The notes beneath the pieces were generated by a model. That model saw nothing but the letters and a program-made list of their open reading frames with translations. It made no database searches and had not been told where the DNA came from. From positions 96,472,001 to 96,536,000 of the forward strand of contig NC_042999.1 in assembly GCF_006345805.1 (NCBI RefSeq): a DNA stretch of 64,000 nt, read 5' to 3'. The number at the start of each line of letters is the position of its first letter. The stretch's first letter is position 1. Made by a program: the position numbers and the translations under genes. Source of the DNA: Octopus sinensis (lineage: Eukaryota). Of this stretch, positions 14,324 to 27,995 are shown one piece after another.

Positions 14324-14446
14324 GACCAACAGCTGTTTCTAGGAGTTCGGCGATCCATTATAATGGTGGTAGTTTAGCTCATCACAATATGGCAGCTGTA
14401 AGGATGCAGTTAACATTGGATGAGATGAGCCTCCATCATCAGGGTT
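14324..14446 (-). ncRNA. Degenerate type I hammerhead ribozyme motif (Penelope-like), with a long stem II insert
   Basis: Minus strand reads aacc-CTGATGA-tggag...(~85 nt)...ctccta-GAAAC-agct-GTT-ggtc. Core order is canonical, stem III is palindromic (acagctgt), stem I is acc/ggt and stem II is ggag/ctcc. Confidence 0.55.
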
Positions 14447-14682
14447 GAGAGGATCTTACATTTCGGATCTTAATGCAGGAACTTTTCTGCATTGTGACTG
14501 AATGAGTATATTTATTTATTGAAGTGTTCTTTTTTTTACTTTATTCTTAGACATATTCTGATGTGGAAGAAAGTGAACTAACCTTGTAAGTACCATTATT
14601 TTTATACACATGGACATATACACACAGACGCACACACGCTCTCTTTCTTACATGTACACACACACACACCTGCACGCACGCA

Positions 14683-14713
<31 letters not shown>

Positions 14714-15894
14714 GTAGACACACATCATACACCCTTTGGTTTCTGTTTAGTATGCCTATTTATCAACTACTTGTTCGTGTATTCATTGCGAGGCGCAACA
14801 CGTGGCGAACAAGGAAGAACGCTGTCACTGATTCAGTTGGCTGCCTTCTTATTAGGACTATTTTATTTCATTATTTGTTGCCTTTCTGTTGCCTTTTAAT
14901 GCCTTTGTTCCATCTTCCTACAACAATTCCCACACTACCTCAATCATTTTGCATCCTCTCCCTTGTATATCCTCCATTTTTTACTTTGGTGGCATTGCTA
15001 ACAAAGATCGTAGTTTTTCTTAACGTTGAGAGTTAACGTTTTTTTTTCATAGTTTTTTCTTATATTTTTATGTCTCTGTGATTCTCTAACGATTGCCGCT
15101 TGGTTTTCTGTTTCTCTTTGTAACTAAAAGGCAGTTTTAAATTTACTTAGAATTTTTGAGTACGTCATCACATACCCAATACACACTCGAACACACGGAG
15201 AAGAAAGAAAGAAGATAGACTGACAGACAATATTTAATTATCTACATGAAAGAGAGACGATGAGGAGGGAAAAGAAATGTTCAGTTATTTACTCCTCATA
15301 AGTGGAGATTGAGTGAATGAAACTTATTTAATGAATGAATTCAACTACAGCTCAATAGTTCTATCTAGATGATAATCTTTTCGACTTCCCTCCAATTTGA
15401 ACGCAATGACATTGATTTTAAAAGATATCTACAAGTTTACAGTACAACTATTTCTATTTGTTCCACATGCACTAAAAACATTTTGAATAACCAGCACTCT
15501 AACTTCTCATCTACCAACTCTCTACTGCCTCTCAGAACATGTCTGCGTATAAATCAGTGAAGCAGAAGACCTTACCTATGAAATCTTACCAACAACCGGA
15601 AATCACCTTTGAAAGACCTTAAACGTCATAATGACGTCATTAGATAAAACGAAGGGAGATTTAGCGAGCATTTGAGGACGTTTACATTAAGATAATCTCT
15701 AGTAGACTATCGGGTAACGAGGGACTTGCTTTCGGGAGAGTTTTATACGTAAATTAGAGGCAAATAGAAAGAAACAACTGATGGTGTTATACAGTTGAAC
15801 GTAATATCTTACGGCAAGGTATTCTGTATGACATTGGCTTGGAATTTGTTTCGTACTTAAATGTTTTGGTGGTGAAATATTCAGAATGGAAGTC

Positions 15895-16170
15895 ACTTAC
15901 TAATGTTGGTGGTAGTGTATCCATGATGATGATGGTGTGTTCAAATTACTGTTGGTGTGTTCATATTGATAAGGTTTTTATATTGGTCAGAGGGTATTAA
16001 TGAGGTTGGTAACGTATTCATGTTGCTAATGATAGTTAGTGATGTATTCATAATGATGTTAGTGACGCATTCATAATGATGCAAGTGATGTATCATAATG
16101 ATAGTAGTGATTCAATCATATTTGTTGTACTGCGCTCTTCATAATGACGGTGCTGTGTTGATGATGGTAC
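15895..16170. repeat. Degenerate ~23-bp minisatellite
   Basis: Recurrent unit tagtgatgtattcataatgatgt, clearest at 16038-16120. Confidence 0.6.
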
Positions 16171-18176
16171 TAAGTTATTGTTGATGCTATTTATCCTCAA
16201 TTAACCCTTAACCCTAACCCCAATTCTGATCTAACAAGTCTATTAGCAAGGGGTATGCACTCGTGAACATTCTGTCATACTAAGGGTATGCAGGCTAGCA
16301 TTGCGAGACGTATTCTTTCCTCATTTGAAACGATAAGATGTGATTTGAGGGTTGTGTGACTGTTATTTCTAGCAAATAGAACGATTATATACATGGTCCT
16401 TAATCAAGTTCATGGTGCTGGTGGCGGTGGAGGTTACAGTGTGGTGGTGATAACAGCGACAGTATGATGGTGGTGGTGATAGTGATAGATTGTTAGCACT
16501 AATGTCGAATATGTTGATTGCATTGATATTAATGATAGTATATTGATGGTACATTTGCTATATTGTAATTATTGCTTTTGTCTTTATGACAGATTCTGTG
16601 TGTTTATGGAGTCTCGGGGATATACTGTAAATAGAGTGCTCATAAAGATTGTGCAGTAAAATATTTTGCTAAAGTCAATGGCTAAACTAATTTACTGCTG
16701 AATAGTTTCGTCGGTCGATAACATAACACCAACGACCGTCTGTATGCAAGCTTATACTTTCCAGTAATGGCTATAAAGTTATTTAGAGGTCTATTTAGGA
16801 TTATATCATATAATGTGCATCTGTTTTCTTTAAGACTGTGGAATGTTGTAGGTGATTTCAGGAAGATTTAACTGCTATTTCTAGTAGATCGAACATCTAC
16901 GTAGATAGTTTCTTGTTAGTTGGTGAGACTTGTCTCTTGCAGTCTCGTGTTACTCTTTTATTGCCTCGTGATGCTCTATCAGAACTCGTGGATTTGTCGC
17001 AGTTGTTTTTAAGAACCAAGAGGTATATTCATGTATTTGTAAACAATCTAGCACGGATATACACACGTTCCGCTATCTAGACACATAAATACATATGACA
17101 TTATGTACAATCGTGCATATATAATATATAAGTGAGGATATGTCGATATGGTTATGGAAATCCCTTCGCCATCGTGTATTGCATGGTACCATCGTACTGC
17201 GAATCGACCAAAGTTTTGTCAGTAAAATCCTATTAACTCACAGTTCTTTATAACTTGTGAACGTTTCATACGAAAAATCAGATGAAGGCAATGCATACAT
17301 AAACAAACACATACATATGTTGCAAATGAAAATACACGAACAAAACGCAGAGTATTCAATAAGATTGTAGAGTAAGATGTGTGTGTGTGTGTGTGTGTAT
17401 GTGGTGTTATAGTCAATCTATGAACTAATGCATTGCTACTAATGATTTCATGATAATGTTTATAAAAATTCCTGACCAAGCATCGGATGATATAGCACTG
17501 ACGATTTTCCACGAAGTTACACGCGATCATAAATAGAATTCGAGCTAGGATGCCTTCGTGGAAGATCAATGGTTTTAAATAGTCTATGAATGAGTATATT
17601 TTAACTCTATTATTGACCAATTAATAACAATTCATACATTCCTTACACTAACACATACACGCACAACAAACCCATATTAAAAACACTGTCAATGTAACAT
17701 AATGTATGTGTGAACTTGAAGTACCAAAAGCTGAGGCTTTCATCCGGGAAAAATTATTTCATAAACGTACTGTGATAAAAATTCATAATATAATTTAAAG
17801 TTAAGCGCAGTAAAATAGCCCCAGAAGCGACCACGATGGTGATAGATATGTATTTCGCCGTTTTTGCGGTTTATCAGTTTCACTCACTGAAACAAAATCG
17901 AATCAACTAATCTGAAGTATAAACTGATAGTGTATAAATTTTATGCTTGTATGAAAAGATAGAGTTTTTACTATAGAACTGTTTTCATTACATAATTCGA
18001 AATCATTCATGCACACACATTCAGACTATTTTCTGTGAATCAATATGCAACACAGTCAAACTAATTTAACACAACGTTGTATATTATGTGTTTTCTATTA
18101 CAATTTGATAATCAGTTTTTACTCTCTCTCTCTGTCTGCATACGTGTTTTGTGTGTATGTGTGTGTGGGGGGTGTA

Positions 18177-18208
<32 letters not shown>

Positions 18209-18852
18209 CCTGTGTGTATAAGCAATATGTGCGATGATGCGGTTCTCTGTGCACAATGCCGGGAAGAAAAGATAGCCACCGGCAGAATATCTTTGCTCAT
18301 AAATCAACTCCATTAAAGATGACTTGCGAAACAACAACTGAAAATGATCACAAACTAACTGGGGAGGCTCTACGCAGTGGGTGGAACTGTCACATCTCAT
18401 TTAAATCACATATAGTACCGTGTTTTGTAAAAAGGAGGTAACTCATTGGACATCGTAGACTCTGATATAAAAAAAAGGCAGGATAATCACGACTGGAACA
18501 CATTTTCTCAAAATAAATTTGAGCTTAAACGACAGGACATTGTATTGTGTGTACATAATATATAATATATCATACACATGTATTCTTTCTCGTATGCTTT
18601 CACTCACTCTCTTTCCCTATCTATCTAGTTATCTATCTCTACCCTCTCTCTCTCACTCTCCCCCCTCTCTCTCTCTGTATATATATATATATTTGTACAA
18701 ATAAATTCCTCTATTAACATAACATCGAGGTCTCTTTCATTCTTTTGTTGTCTTACCACTACTATCAATATATATATATACACGCACACACACATTCATA
18801 CATCTCACACATTATACACATATATCAGTGACAGATTCATAGGACAACAGTC

Positions 18853-18939
<87 letters not shown>

Positions 18940-19415
18940 ATTGTCTCAAGAACATGATCAGCTGCTGGTCGCCCCTGACTTGTTTATTTTTAATAAAGAA
19001 AACAAAAGTAAGAATCAAAGCGAGGCTAAAAATGCAAGGGTGAACGTGGTTGGCTACAAAAATTCATCATGGCTTTCTCACTATGATTCATTTATCATGT
19101 CAATTTAGGGTGGTGCCAAATTTGTTAACAGCTTTGCTCTTACTCAGCAAACAAACTGATAATTTTTTATTGTTGTATTTTTTTTATATAGCTGCCGCTA
19201 TTGTTGTTGGTAAATTTTATTTCGTTCTTGTGCTTTGTCATGTTTTGTTCATATTCTAGAAGACAGCTCAGCGTGATGTGTTTAGAAATAAATTAGTTAA
19301 GACGTAAGATAGTCTTGCATATTGTATGAATACTTCTACTACTACTAATAATAATAATAATAATAATAACGATTTCTTTATTTGCCACAAGGGCAAATCA
19401 CTAAAATATACTAGC

Positions 19416-19465
<50 letters not shown>

Positions 19466-19469
19466 GTAC

Positions 19470-19672
19470 ATTTTTACACAAGGGCAGAAATTTTGGGGAG
19501 GGATGAGTCGTTTACATTGACCTCAGTGTTAAACTGATACTTATTTTATCGACTCTGAAAGGATGAAAGGCAAAGTTGTCCTCGGTGGAATTTGAACTCA
19601 GATCGTAGCGACAGACGAAATATCGGTAAGCCTTCCGCCCAACGTGCTAACGATTCACCCAGCTCGCTGCTT
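19470..19672 (-). mobile_element. SINE family A flanked by (TAA)n on both sides
   Basis: Reverse complement aaagcagcgagctgggtgaatcgttagcacgttgggcg...ctgagttcaaattccaccgagg...cctttcatcctttc matches 38434-38640. It has a B-box-like gagttcaaattc. Confidence 0.85.
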
Positions 19673-19697
19673 TAGTAATAATAACAACAACAACAAC

Positions 19698-19767
<70 letters not shown>

Positions 19768-20199
19768 TTAATAATAATGTGTTAGACAGAAAACTAAAGC
19801 AGAAATAGTGGCGAGCTAACATGGTGTAGGACAAATATATAAACACACAAACTTATAAGCATAACAGAAGACAAAGAAAGCAGAATACTATAATGAAAAT
19901 ATGACAATATCTCAGAATAACGTTCAGAGCTGTAAATAACAAAAAAATTGAAAAGAGAAAATAAAATCAAGGCAGCTCATTACGAAACAAAACGTCTTCT
20001 ATTTGCTCGCTGTCCTTCTATACACAAAAAATGAGAGTTGAGTCATCCAACCACTATAAGTTGCTCATTTTTATTTGCAAATGATAATGTTTGTCGGAGG
20101 TTAAAATATGATTCCACCCACTTCTTCACTGCAAATGATACTTGGACAAAACAATAAAGATTTCGATATGAAACAAATCTGACCCAAGATAATACAACG

Positions 20200-20265
20200 A
20201 ATTATGCATATTGATATTCTCAATTATACATATTGGGATTCTCAATTATGCATATTGGGATTCTA
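20200..20265. repeat. 22-bp tandem repeat, 3 copies
   Basis: aattatgcatattg(at/gg)attctc repeated three times. Confidence 0.75.
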
Positions 20266-22106
20266 GCCTTAGATCAGACCTAATATTTTCTAATTTTTTT
20301 TTTCTTCATATCTTAGTGTATCTAAGAGTATTGTATCTGTGTCCTTCCTTTTTGAAGGTAGATTGACATTTGAAAGAAATCTGGCAATTATTTCTAGCAG
20401 CTCTACTTACCACGTGGATGGCTTATCAATAGTGTGCGGTGATGTTGTGAAGAAAGAGAAAATGATGAAGAGAGAGGTGAGAGGGATAGGAGGTCAATAA
20501 CATTTAAAACATAATTTCTGGTTTAGAAAATTTTGTTATCACATTGAGAAATAGCATTTTAAATTCAAAGATTTGTTGAGACGTTATTAAGTTAAGGTAG
20601 TAAATTGGCTGCCATTTTAAATGTTGGTTGATTAGATTAAGGTGACGTCATTGTTTGAGATGATCGCATTGAGGAATAGACGATCACAGTGTGTGTATGT
20701 TATTTCTGTCATCTTTAATTTCATTATCTTATTTTTAATATTACTTTTTTCTCTATCCCCCTCTCTCTTGTCTCTGTGTGAGTGGGCACAAATAAGAACA
20801 GGCAAGCTGGTACCGCAGTTTCCATTGCTCGTGTATATGTGCGATACCACATATATATGTAAATATCTGTGGCCTTGCGATTTATCTATGATGTTCATGT
20901 GAGTTCATGTGAATGTGTATTGCTATATATGTATGTAATTACTGCTGTTGACAAACCTCTTGTTGCGGTCACTGACCAGACCAAAAGAAATCCCCTACCC
21001 TTCCTAAAAGTGACCATTCTTTCTAGTTCTAATCTTTTCCTCACTCATCATCTTCATTCTCTCTCTGCCTCACCACCTCTCAAATTCTCTTTCTCACTGT
21101 CACCCAACACTTTTCTCGATCCAGTTTTTTCCTTCCTACGCATGTGCAACTGATAACACGCTGTTGTTTCCTGTTAATCTCCATCGTGTTCAAATTCTCA
21201 TGGTCTAAGGACAATGAAAGTGAAAGCGTTTCGGCGTTTTATCCGAAGAAGGATTTATTCTGAGGCTTCTATCCTAACGGGATACAAGCTTAAGCATCTT
21301 TAAAACTAATGTATGTGTGCGTGTGTGTGTGCGTGTGCGTGTGGGTGCGTGCTTATGTCAGGTCATTCTTAGTGCCACTGGTAACATGTAATCCAGTACA
21401 ACTTACCGCATGATAGAGCTGTTAGTAACTAAATCGACAACCCTACCAAGCCTACTTGGTGCGGGTGGGATTTTTTTCCGTTGAACACACTGTGAAAAAC
21501 AAACCCTGTCAAAGGGTAGATGAAATTAATTGAAGCAACAGCCACCCAAGCCTTTGTTAAGACGTGATTCTGGAAGAAGGAAAACTCTGATGTTACACCT
21601 GCGATTTCATTTGTATCCCATAATGTAGAATAGTTCTTTTCGAGCAAATGTATACGCTATTTAGTGTGGAAGATTGGCCCTATGTAAGACCTTTTATCAC
21701 GTTAAAAAGACGTTAGGCACTGACATCAATTGATTTTTAACATCTCTATCATATTCATACTCAGGTTAGGTGGTATTATAACGATAAACATGGTTTAACC
21801 TAACAGAAACCTTTCTTTAGAAACACTTACTGAGGTATATGATTATTAAGAATCATATTCAGTAATTTGAGACAAAAACGAGCAACAAACCCAATGTTAG
21901 AACACAAACCGTGTATATTTCGCTTGTTGCCAACAATATCAAATCTCGTATCCTATAAATCTCTTTCTCTTATATAAACTGTACTATTTTATCTTCACAG
22001 TAGACAATGGCAATACTTCGACTTGAGACGATGGACTTGTCTCAGTTTGGTGTTTATTGTTTAATTGAATTTACATAAAATTTTCAACAGCTCAGGCGTA
22101 TTTTCT

Positions 22107-22400
22107 GCTCATTGTGATCGTGGCTCTCTGCGTGGCTGAGGGCATGTCTGAGAGGGCCATTATGAACAGTAGTGGTCCCAAAACAGTGCCCTGCGGAACA
22201 CCGCTCACTATTTGCGTGTTAATGGAAGTGGCCCCATTGGCTACTACCACCTGACTTCTATCTTTCAGAAAGTCATGAAGCCATTCTCCCAGTTTTCCAA
22301 CTATGCTAAGATCACGCAGTTTGTGACATATCATTCCATGATCGACTTTATCAAAGGCCTTTGCAAAGTCGAGATATATTACTTCTACATTTGAGTGGTT
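22107..22400 (-). mobile_element. LINE reverse-transcriptase fragment (CR1/L2/Jockey-group like)
   Basis: Minus-strand translation VEVIYLDFAKAFDKVDHGMICHKL...WLHDFLKDRSQVVVANG...SGVPQGTVLGPLLF corresponds to RT domains 3-4. It is truncated before YADD. Confidence 0.9.
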
Positions 22401-23045
22401 ATATATACATGTATATATATATATATATATTCATTAATAACAAAAGAACGAGAGTTATGTAATCACATTCATTCGCTTCGATCTATTTCCAGGATGTGAG
22501 TAATAGCGTGACATAGCTTCCTGAAAGTCCTAATATATTAGGATTTTGATGAAGTTAGTGGAAGTTATACTATCATCCACCTCTGAATGTAGAATTATGT
22601 GTGTGTGTGTACGTGTACGTGCGAGCGTGTGCGTGTGTACGTGTACGTGCGAGCGTGTGCGTGTGTCTGTGTTTTTATGTATGTGTAGGTATGTGCGCAT
22701 TCTTGTATCTATGTACTGTTTGTAATTAGGCGTATATGGAGAAATTCTTCGAAATTGTACTCAATGCATTATAATCATGTAGGTATAGTGCAATCTTTAT
22801 AAAGGCTACTTCATTGCAGATATTTCAGTCAGTCAATCACAAGGACAAAACCATTTGGCTGAATCAGGTCTTATGTAGTACCTCTGATAAAGATTGTGCG
22901 ATTATATGTAAATAGACAGGCGGACAGACAGACAGACAGATAGATAAGCAGACACAGGTAGACAGACAGACAGGCAGATAGACAGACACAGACCGACAGA
23001 CAAACAGATAGACAGGTGGATAGATAAATAGAGAGATAGACTGAC

Positions 23046-23081
<36 letters not shown>

Positions 23082-23161
23082 GCATAGATAGATAACTAGA
23101 TGTATATTTAAGCATGTTCATATGCATAGGTAAGCCGAAGTGTGTGTGTGTGTGTGTGTGT

Positions 23162-23203
<42 letters not shown>

Positions 23204-23818
23204 TAACCGCACATCAATGAAAAATATTTCGCCCCCTAAGGCAAGCAAGTTTTCCGGAAGCACAATCCCAGGAAAAAATATCTATAAAATTTTTTCTGGG
23301 CCTGGAACCAAAATGACATCAATTACAAAATATCTAAAGTATAATGGTGTGCTAAGAATCGTCAAAATAGTTTATCAACTTTAATTTCTTATCTGAAATA
23401 TCTAAATTCCAGAAACAGTTCATTCATAAGAATATTTTAAAATTATATGCATTATCATTGCTATATTGAAATTCCTCTGCAGTGTACAGATGGTTTGTCT
23501 CATTAACAGGCAGCCACTGCGCTTTGGTTTTGTTTATTTAAAACCCACTATCAAAAATCTAAGTGAGAATGAAGAAAGAGACGGACGAAAAATCAAGTAT
23601 ACACGACAACAAAAAAGTGACGGGACTTATTGATAGGAGAACAAGCTATGCGTATCTCGAAGACAACGTTATAATGATAATATATGAATTGGAATAAAAT
23701 ATTTTGTAAATTAGCCAATATATGCATACCCAACAACGAACCAGAAACGAACATCGTTAGTGAGCCCACGTGCGTATGGGTGTTTGTGTGTGAGTGTGTG
23801 TGTGTGCGGCTGTATATA

Positions 23819-24250
23819 GGTGCATGTGTGGATGTGGTAAGACGCTTACTTCCCAACCACATGGTTCCGTGACACTTTGAGCAAGTGTCTTCTACTACAG
23901 CCTCGGGCCGATCAAAGCCTTGTGAGTGGATTTCGTAGCCGGAAACTGAAAGAAACCCGTTGTATATATATATACACACATATATATATATGTGTGTGTG
24001 TGTGTGTGTATGAATTGGGGTAGGTGTCATTGTATCTCTGTTTGTCCCCCCTCCATCACTGTTTGACAACCAGTGTTGATGTGGTTTCGTCCCCATAACT
24101 TAGTGGTTCGGTATAAGTAACCGAGAGAACAAATACTAGGCTTTAAAAAAAATAAATATTGGTATCGATTTGTTCGACTAAAACCCTTCATGCAGGTGCT
24201 CCAGCATGGCCGCAGTCAAATGATTGAAGCAAGTAAAAGAATAAAAAAAA
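23819..24250 (+). mobile_element. SINE family B (octopus-type tRNA-derived SINE with internal TA/TG tract)
   Basis: tRNA-like head (ggtgcatgtgtggatgtggtaag...cttcccaaccacatggttcc), then gcaagtgtcttctactacagcctcgggccg, and tail gtgctccagcatggccgcagtcaaatgattgaagcaagtaaaagaataaa. Same as 35431-35820. Confidence 0.9.
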
Positions 24251-24984
24251 AAGGAATATACAGTCTGTAGCAGGTGTGTCCGAAGAATTTTGAGAGGTGA
24301 CTTTTATGGCTGTGTTAAGAAAGTCAAAAACAACCTCTGCAACCAAAGAAACAATGACATTCCATCTATTAGAGAATACAGTAATCAACCATCTGTTGAG
24401 ACCATAACGAAACAACAACAACAACAACAACAAGTCAAACAACAAGGCCAATAGCATCAACAACAATAACAAGGTAAGCAGCAACACCAACAATAATAAG
24501 AAAGCAAACAACAACATTCCATCTGACAATCAATGACATGAAGGCACCTTAACGTGCTCGGTCGACTAAATAGAAGCAAAAGGATCTCCGTTATTTTCGA
24601 CATTGCAGCTGAAGTAATTGTACATTGAATTGGCGTTTAAGTGGTCGAATGTTCCACTGACACCTGTACTAATAATGTAATCCTCAGCTAGAATAAATGT
24701 GATACAGCGTGTAATGAAATGCTCATTTACCCAGTCTATTATTAGAAATCTTTTAAAAGCAATTACTTTTTTTAGTTTTTTTTAATGTTAAATGGAGTAG
24801 AGTATACAAATGTTTTACCAAACATTCGTTATGCATATCTCGGGTACAGCGTTATTATTATAAAACATATATTTGTATAAAATAGTTTGTAAAATATATA
24901 CGTATTTTAGCCAATATATACATATTCAATAACAAAGCCAGAAGCAAACATCGTTAGTGAGCCCGCTCGTGTGAGTGTGAGTCC

Positions 24985-25790
24985 ATATAAGAGTGGATGC
25001 CCCAAACCACCCTGGAATTTTGCAATATTATTTTATTCACTTACTTTTACATGCTTACGCTTTTATCGCCTTCAAAGTATTCACCATTTGAAACAATGCA
25101 TCGGTCCAGACGCATTTTCCACTATTCGAAGAGTCCTGGAACTCTTGCGAGGTGATGTTTTTATCTTCACCTCCTCTACATCTGCAAATTCCGTAGCACC
25201 AGCTTCCGTTACCAGTGATGACCTTCGAAAAAAGGTCTGGATCAATTTCTAACTGTTCTTTCAGTTCACGGCACGCATTCAATAGTGACTGCTTTTGATC
25301 TTTGCCGCAACTCTTTTCATTTGCAATCCTTCGCTCAAAATTCGTTGTCAAGAGCTCCAGGACACACCAATCATATCAACAAGCTTGTCAATTGACTGGC
25401 AAGGGTCCTCCAAGATCAATTCATGAATTTTCGTGATGAATTCAATCGTTCGGGAGGTCGACGGATGCCCTGAACGAGATTGGTCTTCAAGCGACAAGTG
25501 ACCAATCCTAAAGCAGGAAAACGATTTGTAAACTTGTGTTTTGCTCCTTGTAAGCTATGTAAAGTATGACAACTGTTTCGGCCGCCGTTTTACCGAAGAG
25601 AAAACAGAGTTTCACGGAAGCATGGTGCTCCTTTGTTTCAGCCATCGCAAAAATAAACAAACAGAGGGAAAGCACTACAAAACAAAGACGCACCACGTGG
25701 CAGTACGACTTCACTCGAGGACACCGGTCAACAGACTGATGTCTGTGGGTTGCATCAAGTGGCTGCCAATTTTCGAAAATTAAAAGTTTA
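24985..25790 (-). mobile_element. Internally deleted mariner transposon relic
   Basis: Minus strand gives MAETKEHHASVKLCFLFGKTAAETVVIL (HTH start) and DPDLFSKVITGNGSWCYG (degenerate first-D motif VITGDESW), then jumps near 25195 straight to the C-terminal QEFQD...RCIVSNGEYFEGD region. Confidence 0.85.
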
Positions 25791-26499
25791 TTGAAACTTT
25801 TCAAATTATTACTTTGATGTAGTTTTCCAAGCTGAATTTCTAGAGAAATTTCACTTTTTCCATGAAAGTTTTAAAAAACGCTATAGAGGTTTAAAGTTTG
25901 ATAATTTTCACCCAGTCAGAAAACAGAGTTTGGAAGCTTTCATTTTGTGTGTGACAGCACTTTTGTTAACTGTAAACAAATAAAATTCTGCTTTACGCAT
26001 GCCATATAACCTCTCATAATTTTTTAATTTTTTTTAATTTTCAGATAATTTTTGTGAATCCGTATTCCTCGCACAGAAATTCATACGGTTATCCAAAAAT
26101 GAAACAAAAGATTTTTTTGATGCGTAATTTAAGGCATATTTAGCTGCTATTTTTAGCACATCTGACAACCACCTCAATGAGTGGAATATATGTCAACACG
26201 TACTTTATCGCAGACAAAAATGTTCCCATGCTTGGCTTGTTACTATGGAAACAGATATGAATGTCTCTATGCTTACGACTAGCTAAAATTACCCAAAATT
26301 TGCGAACTTTTAAAATGGTAATAACTATTTATTGATTTATTGCGAAAATGAATTTCAAAGGAGTGATTAGTTTATATAACCATATCATTACACACACCGA
26401 ATGTGAAATCAATTTCAGCAGGAATTGAAGGGATTGAAACGTGGCTGCCAAACAGAAAAGATCCCTTGTTTTTGACTTTTTATGTCTGAAATTTATTCT

Positions 26500-26730
26500 A
26501 TCGAGTCTTATACCGAATCGCAAGGTTTCGGGGATGTAAGCAAACACCGGCTGTCAAGAGAGGCAGGGGAAGACAAACACCCCCCCCCACACACACACGT
26601 GAAGGTTTTTCACATTTTTCTATCTACCAAATTCGCTCACAAATTCGCCCTGGTGCTATAATAGTCCGAGGTGCTACGCAGTGGGACTGAACCCAAAACC
26701 ACGTGGCTGCAAAGTAAGCTTCTTAGCTAT
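26500..26730 (-). mobile_element. SINE family B, degraded
   Basis: acgcagtgggactgaacccaaaaccacgtggctgcaaagtaagcttctt is the reverse complement of the family B head. Confidence 0.75.
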
Positions 26731-27023
26731 CCCTTTCAAGAAGAGAAAAAAAAAAGAGTACGTGTTGGACATTGTATGGTCAATGATCGATCGGGGATAC
26801 CCCTAGGAATAAACAACATTCCACCCATTAGATTATTGTAATCATCTATCTGTTGACATCGCAAACAAACAACGACAACGACGACAATAACAACAAACAA
26901 ACCAAACATTTCACACTGGACAAACAACAGCAGCAGCAACAACACCAACAACAAGAGTAGAAAGAAGATACAGAAGGAAAAAAAAGTAGACAAATAAGAA
27001 TGAAAAGAAATAAAAATGTGGCG

Positions 27024-27196
27024 AAGAGGAGGAAGAAGGAGAAGGAGGAGAAGAAGAAGAAGAAGAAGAAGAAGAAGAAGAAGAAGAAGAAGAAGAAGAA
27101 AGAAGAAGAAGAGAGAAGAAGAAGAAGGAAGAAGAAGAAGAAGAAGAAGAAGAAGAAGAAAAGAAGAAGAAGAAGAAGAAGAAGAAGAAGAAGAAG
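27024..27196. repeat. (GAA)n polypurine microsatellite
   Basis: Direct reading. It is the source of the poly-K/R/E ORFs. Confidence 0.97.
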
Positions 27197-27635
27197 CGAA
27201 TGGTGGTGATGATCTATAAGTTCAGCAGCAATAATGAACGTCTACAGCAACAATTAACCTTGAACTGTTCGGTGTGGTGGTGGCCTTTGTTGGAGAGGTG
27301 CGGTTGAAGGGAATGGGTTGTGAAATGATTTATCTAATTTTATTTATTTATTTATTTATTTATTTATCTAATTTGTTTATTTGTTTATAATTTGTTCGAA
27401 TATTTTGTTTATCGCATCTTGAGATGAAAATATTTATATTTTCCTGCTTTAGCAGGGGAGGAGAGAAAAGAAACTCTCATTATTAGAAAGTTATGGCTGA
27501 AGTTGATGATAATGAGAATTATTTTATAATAGAAGCTCGAGGCCCGACATTATTTAATCACAACAAGGCCGACAATAGCAAGATTAGATAAACAATATTT
27601 GAAACAGTGGCACACATATCTTTTTTATTTTTTTA

Positions 27636-27767
27636 TTTTACTTGTTTCAGCTATAGGACTGCGGCCATGCTGGAGCACGGCCTTGGAGTGTTTTAGCCGA
27701 ATAATTCAATCATAGTACTTATTTTTCTTTGTAAGTTTGATACTAACCCTATCGGTCTCTTTCGCCG
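27636..27767 (-). mobile_element. SINE family B 3' end, truncated at 27767
   Basis: tttacttgtttcag...gactgcggccatgctggagcac...ctatcggtctctttcgccga, followed by an abrupt switch to the duplicated segment. Confidence 0.8.
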
Positions 27768-27995
27768 ATATATGTTTCTACTGCAATGAACATCATGTTC
27801 TCCTACCTCGAATTCAGCAGATGAGATTGTGAAACAGTAGTGTGTTTCTATGGACAACTTTTTTTGCATATGCTTAAATATCTATTTTAAGTGTAAGTTA
27901 AGCATATCTTTAAGTATCTATGTGATTTATCATTGTATAAAAACATTCAATCACATTTATGCACACCCCCCTACACACACACATAAATATATGAC

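Noticed and set aside
16201-16220. (TAACCC)3 telomere-like motif
   Set aside because: Only three units, at the start of a dispersed repeat; not evidence of an interstitial telomere.
21440-21600. gcaacagccacc...gaaggaaaactctga resembles RTE-clade 5' UTR sequence that can hold HDV-like ribozymes
   Set aside because: I could not build the HDV double pseudoknot, and no RTE ORF follows.
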